NCBI GenBank assembly: GCA_046757565.1
Contig: JBHHYN010000001.1
Span: 11,466 to 75,465 of the forward strand
Length of the DNA: 64,000 nt
Direction: 5' to 3'
Source of the DNA: Gammaproteobacteria bacterium
GTDB taxonomy: Bacteria > Pseudomonadota > Gammaproteobacteria > Eutrophobiales > Eutrophobiaceae
Positions 54,983 to 64,000 of this stretch are shown here, piece after piece. Positions within the stretch are counted from its first letter, which is position 1, and each line of letters starts with the position of its first letter. The position numbers and the translations under genes were made by a program. The notes beneath the pieces were generated by a model. The model saw nothing but the letters and a program-made list of their open reading frames with translations. It was not told the DNA's origin and made no database searches.

Positions 54983-55957
54983 CTACTGTCTCCCCAACAA
55001 ACCGGTCACAACTCCGGTTATTCTGCCTGCATCGGGTATGACTGCGCGTTCTGCGTTCGGTGCATAGGGCATGGAGACATCAGGAACCGTTATCCGTTTT
55101 ACCGGCGCCTGTAACGCACTGAAGCCACGATCTGCAATGACGGCGGCAATCTGGCTGGCGGCGCTGCAGCAGTCCCTTGCTTCGTCCACGATGACTGCAT
55201 GCCCGGTTTTTGCCACCGAACGGAGGATCCCCTCTTCATCAAGAGGCACCAGCGTTCGGCAATCGACAACCTCTGCACTGATCCCTTTTGTTTCCAGTTC
55301 TTCCGCTGCCTTGAGTGTGGGTTTCAGCATTGTTCCCATTGTGACCAGGGTCACGTCCTTACCTTCACGCGGGACGGATACGACACCAAACGGAATGGTA
55401 TAGTCGCCATCCGGCACTTCTCCGGATTCACCTCCCCGGCCTACGGCTTCAAGAAAAAACGTCGGGTTATCGTTGCGAATAGATTCTTTCAACAGCCCCT
55501 TTGCATCGGACGGAGTGGCAGGAACGATGACGTTGACGCCCCCAAGATTCATTAAAACCGGGTAGGGTGTGTCAGAATGCTGGGCCGCGTTCGAATTGCC
55601 GGCTCCATAGCCGGCAAGTACTGTGATCGGGAGCCTGATCTGACCGCCTGTCATAAGCCGCAGCTTCGCCATCTGGTTGGCGATGGCGTCGAAACCCGTA
55701 TAAATGAAATTGGAAAACATCATATGCAGGATTATCCGGTATCCGGCACCGGCAGCACCGATGGCCATACCGGTTAGGGTGGCTTCGCAGATGGGAGTAT
55801 TGCGGATGCGATCCGGACCGAACTTGTCGAGAATACCTTTTGTATCACCGAACATGCTGATTTCCACATCTTCGCCGTACAAAATCACCCTGGGGTCCCG
55901 CTCCATCTCTTCTATAATGGCTTCGTTGATCGCTTGTATATATCTTTTTTTAGCCAT
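54983..55957 (-). CDS. TPP-dependent 2-oxo acid/acetoin dehydrogenase E1 component, beta subunit
   Basis: 324 aa. AINEAIIEEMERDPRVILYGEDV...RNTPICEATLTGMAIGAAGAGYR...transketolase C-terminal domain. Confidence 0.9.
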   Translation of the reverse strand: MAKKRYIQAINEAIIEEMERDPRVILYGEDVEISMFGDTKGILDKFGPDRIRNTPICEATLTGMAIGAAGAGYRIILHMMFSNFIYTGFDAIANQMAKLRLMTGGQIRLPITVLAGYGAGNSNAAQHSDTPYPVLMNLGGVNVIVPATPSDAKGLLKESIRNDNPTFFLEAVGRGGESGEVPDGDYTIPFGVVSVPREGKDVTLVTMGTMLKPTLKAAEELETKGISAEVVDCRTLVPLDEEGILRSVAKTGHAVIVDEARDCCSAASQIAAVIADRGFSALQAPVKRITVPDVSMPYAPNAERAVIPDAGRITGVVTGLLGRQ

Positions 55958-55966
55958 ACCGGTGTC

Positions 55967-57124
55967 TCACGGATCCTGTGTCACAAACATCAAACTGAAA
56001 ACCCGATCCTCGTCCGCCGGTTTACCGCCTTCAGCATACTCGAATGACTCATCGACAATGTGTCCGGTTTTGGTTTCTATTTCATCAATTGTGTTGTTAT
56101 CGATTAGGCCCGATGAGAGCAATCGTTCCTTCATTCGATCGATTGGATCACGCTGCCGCCACTTTTCTATCTCTTGCTCTTCCCGGTAGGTTCCGCTGAG
56201 GAACTGTGCTTCAGCCTCGATATGACCATGTATCCGATAAGTCCTGGCCTCAATGAATGAGGGCCCTTCCCCTCTCCTCCCCCGCTCAACAGCGGTGGCG
56301 GAAGCTTCCGCAACGGCGAGTACATCATTACCATCCACCACGGTTACCGGTATGCCAAAGGCACGGGCGCGATCGCTGATTTCTCCCGCAGTGACGGTTG
56401 ATGAAGGCGAGAATTCTGAAAACGTGTTGTGTTCGCACATAAAGATCATCGGCAAGTTCCAAAGTGTACTGATATTCAATGTCTCCATGAACACTCCCTG
56501 GTTTGCCGCACCATCTCCAAAAAAACAGACAGCAACCCGGCCATCATCATCAAGCTTCGCTGCCCAGGCCGCACCCAGAGTAATGGCCAGGCCGGCTCCA
56601 ACGATGCCATTCGCCCCCATGATGCCTTTACTGACATCGGCGACGTGCATGGACCCCCCCATCCCGTGGCAGATGCCGTTATCGCGCCCATAGATCTCGG
56701 CTATCATTGTTTCCGGTGCGCCACCCTTTGCAAGGAAATGACCATGACCGCGGTGTGTGCCGGTAATCCAGTCGGAATCGTTCAACTGGGAGCATATACC
56801 GACCGCTATGGCCTCTTGTCCGATGTAAAGATGTACCGCCCCCGGTAATTTGCCTGCAAAAAACTCCTTGCTGAGCCGCTCTTCTATACGCCGGATTAAT
56901 ACCATCCGCTCATACATGGCCAGCTGGCACTCCGTATCGGGAATGTGTCCCCCGCTAATTGGCGTCACGGTTTTGGCCTCTTCGATTATATGGTTATTAT
57001 TTTTACCGGTAATCGATGTATACACTGTATCCGGAATATATAAAAGGATATGTCGCGAAACACAGAAAGTTTCCCGACATAGTGTAAGGATTGTTCGATT
57101 CTTTATGACAGCAATATCGTGCAT
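55967..57124 (-). CDS. TPP-dependent E1 component, alpha subunit (probable true start is the GTG at ~56968, giving ~333 aa)
   Basis: YERMVLIRRIEERL...HLYIGQEAIAVG...THRGHGH...GMGGSMH...TPP motif FFGDGAANQGVFMETLN. A GAAGAGG SD-like sequence lies 8 nt upstream of the internal GTG. Confidence 0.85.
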   Translation of the reverse strand: MHDIAVIKNRTILTLCRETFCVSRHILLYIPDTVYTSITGKNNNHIIEEAKTVTPISGGHIPDTECQLAMYERMVLIRRIEERLSKEFFAGKLPGAVHLYIGQEAIAVGICSQLNDSDWITGTHRGHGHFLAKGGAPETMIAEIYGRDNGICHGMGGSMHVADVSKGIMGANGIVGAGLAITLGAAWAAKLDDDGRVAVCFFGDGAANQGVFMETLNISTLWNLPMIFMCEHNTFSEFSPSSTVTAGEISDRARAFGIPVTVVDGNDVLAVAEASATAVERGRRGEGPSFIEARTYRIHGHIEAEAQFLSGTYREEQEIEKWRQRDPIDRMKERLLSSGLIDNNTIDEIETKTGHIVDESFEYAEGGKPADEDRVFSLMFVTQDP

Positions 57125-57232
57125 CCTGTGCAGCAGCCGCCCGGATTTCGCCGTGTACGGGGGGGGCGACCGCCGCTTTAGCCGGTCGCTCCTGCTTCAC
57201 CTCAAATCACAGTGACCTTGGTGTCGTCCGGC

Positions 57233-58669
<1,437 letters not shown>

Positions 58670-58750
58670 TTATGCCTGTAGATTTCGAGTCTAACACCCT
58701 TAATAATCTGTTCAGGCATATAATTTTATTTTTTTTATATCTATTTTATT

Positions 58751-58908
58751 GGGTCTTCAGCAGAATCTGTGGGTTGATATATAAACAGTAGCCCGTCATT
58801 CCCGTGAAAACGGGAATGACGGTATTTATGACTTGAATCCGCCTCTCTATTTAATCAGTTTTTATTCAAAAGTCTTTCTTGTTAACCCACAGATTCTGCT
58901 GAAGAGCC
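58751..58908 (+). mobile_element. 158-bp MITE, copy 2, same orientation, 8-bp target-site duplication ATTTTATT
   Basis: Differs from copy 1 at only two positions in my manual alignment. Flanks attttatt|...|attttatt. Lies 57 bp downstream of the hydrogenase-like operon. Confidence 0.88.
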
Positions 58909-58965
58909 ATTTTATTTTATCGAGAAGCGCCATCCCTATTGTTAGAGTCAGCCGGAACACATGCG

Positions 58966-59469
58966 TTACAACAGGTGAAGTAATCCGGTGAGGAGCTGCT
59001 CCGGCGAGGGTGGACATCCGGGGATGCGTACGTCTACGGGAATGACGTTTTCCACCGCGCCGCAACTGGCATAGGAGATCCCGAATTCACCCCCGTTGCA
59101 GGCGCAGTCGCCGGATGCAATCACGAGTTTGGGTTCAGGACAGGCGTCGTAGGTGCGCCTGAGGGCGGTTTCCATGTGTCTGGACACGGGACCCGTAACC
59201 AGTAGACAGTCGGCATGCCGGGGTGACGCGACAAAGTGAATACCGAAGCGCTCCACGTCATAGTAAGAGTTATTCAGGGCATGAATTTCAAGCTCACAAC
59301 CATTACACGACCCGGCATCGACCTGGCGGATTGCCAGGCTGCCCGAAAAACGTTTGTCCAGTACCCGCTTTACTTCGATGCCAAGTCGCTCAATAGTATC
59401 GCCTTCGAGATCTGGTGCGGGATCGGTGACCACACCGGTGCGCATGATCTTTGAAAGAAGATCCAGCAT
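58966..59469 (-). CDS. NuoB/HycG-like small subunit ([4Fe-4S]-binding) of a group-4-hydrogenase-related complex
   Basis: 167 aa. Cysteines in GSCNGCE, SPRHADCLLVTG, GDCACNGG, IPGCPP: the conserved proximal-cluster pattern. Confidence 0.88.
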   Translation of the reverse strand: MLDLLSKIMRTGVVTDPAPDLEGDTIERLGIEVKRVLDKRFSGSLAIRQVDAGSCNGCELEIHALNNSYYDVERFGIHFVASPRHADCLLVTGPVSRHMETALRRTYDACPEPKLVIASGDCACNGGEFGISYASCGAVENVIPVDVRIPGCPPSPEQLLTGLLHLL

Positions 59470-59471
59470 GG

Positions 59472-61133
59472 CTACAAGTCGTGCCCTGAATAGGAGCCGT
59501 TTATGGATTTATTACAGACCGGAAAGTCCGGCACGATATTATTTTGCATCAGCAACTCCAGTGCCGGCCAGTTGAGCCAGCCCGGATCGCGGGGGAAGCA
59601 GCGTGCTATGCGGCCGTCATTCCCGAAGCGGACGTAGGTCAGGATTTCCCCGCGCCAACCTTCGATGATGCCTAGCCCCTCACAGCCGTGCTGCGGCGGG
59701 CGCCATGCCGTGTGGTGAGGAGCTTGCGGCAAGGAGTGCAGCAACTCGATGATTAACTGCAGGGAGACATGGATTTCCTCCGCCCGCACCTTGGCGCGTG
59801 CGGCGACATCCCCGGCCCGGTAGCCGGGCACACGAACCTCAAGACGATCATAGGGGGCATAGGGGGCATCGTGGCGGACGTCAAAGAACTGACCGGAGGC
59901 CTTGCCGACATAGCCAACCGTGCCGAGCTCAGCTGCGGTTTCGGGGGTCAGCCGCCCCGCCCCCATGAGCCGGTCTTCCAGTGACTCGGAGTTTTCCATG
60001 ATAACGATGATCTCGGTGACCTCACTGGTCAACCGTGTGGCGGATTCTTTCAGATCGCCGGCCGCTTGCGCAGAGATATCGACCGTCGTTCCACCCGGAA
60101 TGATGCAATCCATGAGCAAGCGATGACCGAACACCGCTGCATTCTCGCGTAGACACGTCTCCCGCAAGCGGCCCAACTGGTAGTAACCGAAGCCGAAGCC
60201 AACATCATTACAGATACCGCTGACATCTCCGAGGTGATTGGCAATGCGTTCACGCTCGGCCAGGATCGCCCTCAGCCAGAGGGCACGGTCCGGAACCTGC
60301 AGCCCCGTGGCGCGTTCCATGGCCTGGCAGGCTGCCCAGCTATGGGCCACTGTGCTATCGCCAGAGATACGGCCAGCCAGGCGGGAGAGGCCTTCAGCAT
60401 CGCGTCCGACAGCCAGTTTTTCGATACCCTTGTGCGTGTAACCGAATCGCTCCTCCAGGTTGAGCACTATTTCGCCAACCGCCTGGAAGCGGAAGTGGCC
60501 CGGTTCGATAATACCTGCGTGTACCGGTCCCACCGGGATCTCCACGATGCCTTCTCCATGTGCCTGAATAAAGGGGTATTGGTGGTCACCGGCAGTTACC
60601 TCAACAGGGGTTGACCCATGGAAGCCGGATCGGAGAGGATACTCGGATTCACTCCAGGCCTGATGGCGGCACCAGCGCCTGCGATCCGGTTGATCCTCAA
60701 ACTGGATGCCGAGCAGGTCATGGGCGTGCCGTTCCGGCCGGTCGGCGGCAGGGTAAACCGGCGCGAGTGATGGCAGGGAAACATCTTCCGCAACCTGGCT
60801 GCGGATGATCAGGTAATTGCCATCCAGTTGCAGGCAAGAGAAGGCCTCCAGGCCGTGACCGGTTTCCTGTGCCCAGAAACCTGACCAGCGCATGCCGGCA
60901 CTCTTCGCCGCCATGGCCAGTTCCCGCCACTGGGAGGGTTCTACCTCCAAGACCAATGCGGGTGCCAGTATGGATCCATCGACGGGATCCAACGCCAATC
61001 TGTTTTCGCGGCAGGCGGCCAGCAAGGGTCTCAGTGCCGGGTAATTTTTCATAGCAGTCCAGTCCCGCTGATAAGCCGGGTTGCCTCGTTGAACCAGTGT
61101 GACAGGAACGGCGGTATGGATATCCCCAGCCAT
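59472..61133 (-). CDS. Fused NuoC-NuoD/HycE-like large subunit lacking the NiFe-binding cysteines (probable true start ~61052, MKNYPALRPLL)
   Basis: GPVHAGIIEPGHFRF core is conserved. Where group-4 hydrogenases have R-x-C-G-x-C-x3-H, this protein has RISGDSTVAH. The C-terminus reads DFPVCNKSINGSYSGHDL instead of D-P-C-x2-C-x2-R. Confidence 0.82.
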   Translation of the reverse strand: MAGDIHTAVPVTLVQRGNPAYQRDWTAMKNYPALRPLLAACRENRLALDPVDGSILAPALVLEVEPSQWRELAMAAKSAGMRWSGFWAQETGHGLEAFSCLQLDGNYLIIRSQVAEDVSLPSLAPVYPAADRPERHAHDLLGIQFEDQPDRRRWCRHQAWSESEYPLRSGFHGSTPVEVTAGDHQYPFIQAHGEGIVEIPVGPVHAGIIEPGHFRFQAVGEIVLNLEERFGYTHKGIEKLAVGRDAEGLSRLAGRISGDSTVAHSWAACQAMERATGLQVPDRALWLRAILAERERIANHLGDVSGICNDVGFGFGYYQLGRLRETCLRENAAVFGHRLLMDCIIPGGTTVDISAQAAGDLKESATRLTSEVTEIIVIMENSESLEDRLMGAGRLTPETAAELGTVGYVGKASGQFFDVRHDAPYAPYDRLEVRVPGYRAGDVAARAKVRAEEIHVSLQLIIELLHSLPQAPHHTAWRPPQHGCEGLGIIEGWRGEILTYVRFGNDGRIARCFPRDPGWLNWPALELLMQNNIVPDFPVCNKSINGSYSGHDL

Positions 61134-62530
61134 AATACCAGGGCCAGATGCAGAGTCGCCGGCACGGGATTGAGGGACAGGGCATGCTGTTTTTTGGGGA
61201 GGTGACCGAATACCATTGGCTGCACATGGCGGAACATGCCTGTGAAGGCGACAACAAGACCCGCCAGCAGAGGGATGCTCAACCAGGGCCAGCTCTTCAC
61301 TGTTGCGCTGAGTAACAGAAATTCACTGGTGAATATACCAAAGGGCGGGAATCCGGCAATGGCGATGCAGCCGATGAGCAGGCCCCAGCCCACGGCCGGT
61401 TGGGTGCGAATCAGACCATGGATGTGGTCGATACGTTGTGTCCTGGCGATCTGGATTGCGTGTCCTACCATAATAAACAGGGCGGATTTCGTTAAGGAGT
61501 GTACGGCCATATGCAGCAGTGCCGCAAAGGTCGCCAGGGGGCCACCCAGACCGAAGGCAAACGTCATCAGGCCCATATGTTCAATCGAAGAGTAGCTGAA
61601 CAGGCGTTTGATATCTCTCTGTCGATGCATAAACAGGGCGGCGACTACGAAGGAGAGCAGGCCAAAACCCATCATCAGGGCACCGGTCAAATACGGCCCA
61701 TACACCGTACCCGATGTGAGCGCCCCATCGGCTATGATCTTCACACGGACCACGGCGTACAGGGCAATATTCAGCAGCAGCCCGGAGAGCATGGCAGACA
61801 TCGGTGTCGGGCCTTCAGAGTGGGCATCCGGCAACCAGTTGTGCAGTGGCACCAAGCCTATTTTAGTGCCATAACCGACCAATATGAACATAAAGGCCAA
61901 CGCCACCACAACAGGCTCAAGCTGTCCGGCATATTGGTAGAGGACCGTCCATTGCAATGCCTGATCGGGATCGGGTACCACCCGGGCGGCGGCAAAGTAA
62001 AGCAAAACCGTCCCGAACAGCGCCTGGGCGATGCCCACACCGCACAGAATGAAGTACTTCCAGGCCGCCTCGATGGATTCCGGTGTCCGGTGCAGGCTCA
62101 CCAGCAGCACCGTTGCCAGGGTGGCCCCCTCAGTGGCCACCCACAGCACGCCGAGATTATTCGTGGCCAGAGCCAGCAGCATGGTAAACAGGAATCCCTG
62201 GAAACCGGCATGGTACAGACGCAAGCGAAAGGGCGTGACCCGCTTGAGATGCAGTTCATGGATCATATAGGGACCGGAGAAGACGGCGGTTGAAAGCGCT
62301 ACCAGCGAGGTCAGGAGAATGAGGTATACGTTGAATTCATCCACATACCACTGTTCAGCGTGAATCGTGCCATTTTCCAGGACCGCCCAGGCCAGCCGGA
62401 TTGAGGCCCCGAATCCCGCGGCTGTGGTAACGATATTGATCCCGGTGCCGGTCCTCGGACTTTTGACCATTGCCAATACCAGTATCCCTGCGGCCGGTAT
62501 CGACAGCGTCCAGAGGAGGATCGCACTCAT
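61049..62530 (-). CDS. NuoL/M/N-HyfB/F-like antiporter-type membrane subunit
   Basis: 493 aa, about 14 TM. Conserved LVPLHNWLPDAHSEGPTPMSAMLSG block of the proton-pumping subunit family. Confidence 0.88.
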   Translation of the reverse strand: MSAILLWTLSIPAAGILVLAMVKSPRTGTGINIVTTAAGFGASIRLAWAVLENGTIHAEQWYVDEFNVYLILLTSLVALSTAVFSGPYMIHELHLKRVTPFRLRLYHAGFQGFLFTMLLALATNNLGVLWVATEGATLATVLLVSLHRTPESIEAAWKYFILCGVGIAQALFGTVLLYFAAARVVPDPDQALQWTVLYQYAGQLEPVVVALAFMFILVGYGTKIGLVPLHNWLPDAHSEGPTPMSAMLSGLLLNIALYAVVRVKIIADGALTSGTVYGPYLTGALMMGFGLLSFVVAALFMHRQRDIKRLFSYSSIEHMGLMTFAFGLGGPLATFAALLHMAVHSLTKSALFIMVGHAIQIARTQRIDHIHGLIRTQPAVGWGLLIGCIAIAGFPPFGIFTSEFLLLSATVKSWPWLSIPLLAGLVVAFTGMFRHVQPMVFGHLPKKQHALSLNPVPATLHLALVLWLGISIPPFLSHWFNEATRLISGTGLL

Positions 62531-63207
62531 TCCTCGATCTCCGTCAACAGATTAAGTTGATCCACATCAAGTGTCTCGATACTGTCTCGCATGTGGAAGA
62601 AGAACACACCAAAGATCACTGCTGCGACCAGTACATCGAAGGCAACACCGAGTTCGACAACCATCGGCATGCCATGGGTGGCCGTCACAGCGGCAAAAAA
62701 CAGGCCGTTTTCCAATGACATAAATGCCACGACCTGGGTAATCGCCTTGCGCCGCGTGACCAGCATGAGCATGGCGATCAGGACCAGCGCCAGGCTGATG
62801 GCAATGGAGTTACTGGTAATCGACAGCGTGAACTGTTTGATCGGAAGCACCACGTCGTAACTAAAGATGACGATGGAACTGGCGGCCATCAGTATGATCC
62901 CGGGCCGTATCACAGCATCGAACTCCCTCAAAATACCCAGTTTCCGGGCTTGGCGGGCGAGCAGCCACGGAATGAAGAATACCTTCAGTACCAGCGTTAA
63001 GCCGGCGGAGATAAAAAGGTGTGTCAACCCGGTGTCCCAGGCAACCAGGGCGGTCACGATCGAGATCAGCAGACCCTGCCAGGCAAATACCCGGATGGTG
63101 GCGACCACGCGCGACTGGGCAAGCAGGGCAAATGACGTCACCAGGACCAGGGCGGCCAGGGTCTGGATGGTTTGTTCAACCAGGGACAGGTCGGCATAAA
63201 CGAACAT
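62527..63207 (-). CDS. HyfE-like small membrane subunit (true start is the ATG at 63207; the track ORF is over-extended)
   Basis: MFVYADLSLVEQTIQTLAALVLVTSFALL..., about 7 TM. Its start shares one nt with the upstream stop (TGATG), and its stop overlaps the next start (ATGA). Confidence 0.75.
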   Translation of the reverse strand: MFVYADLSLVEQTIQTLAALVLVTSFALLAQSRVVATIRVFAWQGLLISIVTALVAWDTGLTHLFISAGLTLVLKVFFIPWLLARQARKLGILREFDAVIRPGIILMAASSIVIFSYDVVLPIKQFTLSITSNSIAISLALVLIAMLMLVTRRKAITQVVAFMSLENGLFFAAVTATHGMPMVVELGVAFDVLVAAVIFGVFFFHMRDSIETLDVDQLNLLTEIEE

Positions 63208-64000
63208 CACTGTCCCTCCAGCATAATAAAGCTGAGCATTGAGATGAGCGCCAGGGTAAAAGCGACGGCAAGAAAGGTGGGTACCCGGAACAGCCGCATC
63301 TTTGCCATGACTGTTTCGCCCACTGCCATACAGGTGCCGAGCAGGGCCAGCTTGCCCGTCATGGCAAGAATCGCCCGTCCCAACGCTCCCGGCTCCAGGC
63401 TCTGGCTGATCCCCCACGGGAAGAATAGATTGGCGATGAGCACAGCGTATAGCGTGAATTTTATCTGTGCGGCCAATTCCATCATCGCCAGATGCCGGCC
63501 GCTGTATTCCAGGATCATCGCCTCGTGAATCATGGTGAGTTCCAAATGGGTGGCGGGATTGTCCACCGGGATGCGTCCGGTTTCGGCAATGGCAACGAGA
63601 ACCAGCGCCAGCAAGGCCAGCAACAGTGAAGGACGCAACGCCAGTCCATGATTTAATGTGTAGGCGATGATGCTGGAGAGGTTGGTGCTGGAGGCCAGCA
63701 TGGCAAGGGTAAATACCACGATGAGCATGGCGGGTTCGGCCAACGCCGAGATAGTCATCTCGCGGGATGCCCCCAGGCCACCGAAACTGGTGCCCACATC
63801 CAGCCCGGCGAGGGCAAGGAAAAATCTGCCCATGGCGAACATCCCCACCAGGACGATCGCATCAGCCATCGCAGCCATGGGGTTCTCGACTACGAGGAAT
63901 GGAATGATCGATGCCGCTATGATGGTCGTTCCGCAAACAATATAAGGGGCCACACGGAATACAGGAGAGGCCGTTTGGGCGAGGACAACCTCTTTGCCGA
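63207..64000 (-). CDS. NuoH/HycD-like membrane subunit, partial (N-terminus beyond the window end)
   Basis: ...ETGRIPVDNPATHLELTMIHEAMILEYSGRHLAM... matches the HycD/NuoH loop. The frame stays open upstream of the listed Met to position 64000. Confidence 0.85.
   Translation of the reverse strand, partial: GKEVVLAQTASPVFRVAPYIVCGTTIIAASIIPFLVVENPMAAMADAIVLVGMFAMGRFFLALAGLDVGTSFGGLGASREMTISALAEPAMLIVVFTLAMLASSTNLSSIIAYTLNHGLALRPSLLLALLALVLVAIAETGRIPVDNPATHLELTMIHEAMILEYSGRHLAMMELAAQIKFTLYAVLIANLFFPWGISQSLEPGALGRAILAMTGKLALLGTCMAVGETVMAKMRLFRVPTFLAVAFTLALISMLSFIMLEGQ

Overview
This window looks like gammaproteobacterial chromosome. It has a conserved housekeeping backbone: hrcA / nadK-recN / fur / bamE / rnfH-ratA / smpB-ssrA, then AddAB-type repair genes, endA, tRNA-Ser, mltF and srkA. 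Accessory blocks and a lot of gene decay interrupt that backbone.

Main accessory content:
1. A degraded zone downstream of ssrA, followed by a cluster of two GH130 genes and two GT4 genes, one of them a GT4-cupin fusion.
2. A frameshifted betaine-type ABC importer.
3. An AT-richer islet with two ORFans and a protein combining cNMP-binding, rhodanese and coiled-coil regions.
4. A proteobacterial dedicated sortase locus. The histidine kinase, response regulator and PdsO are intact, but the substrate and sortase genes have collapsed into a 636-bp multi-frame remnant.
5. A six-gene catabolic cluster (LigM/DesA-like demethylase, TPP E1 alpha/beta, free lipoyl domain, SDR, TIM barrel). It is bracketed by two nearly identical 158-bp MITEs, each with its own 8-bp target duplication.
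6. A group-4-hydrogenase-like (Ehr-type) membrane complex whose large subunit lacks the Ni-binding cysteines.

Other structures:
- A second IR-bounded repeat family carrying a 32-codon fragment of a Y1 (RAYT/IS200-like) transposase.
- A 139-bp tandem duplication that includes the 5' end of tRNA-Ser.
- A GGGGTTC-type heptamer microsatellite.
- A perfect 37-bp palindrome.

No CRISPR array and no rRNA were seen. All family assignments rest on motif recognition and memory, not database searches. Coordinates I derived myself, as opposed to ORF-track coordinates, may be off by a few nucleotides.
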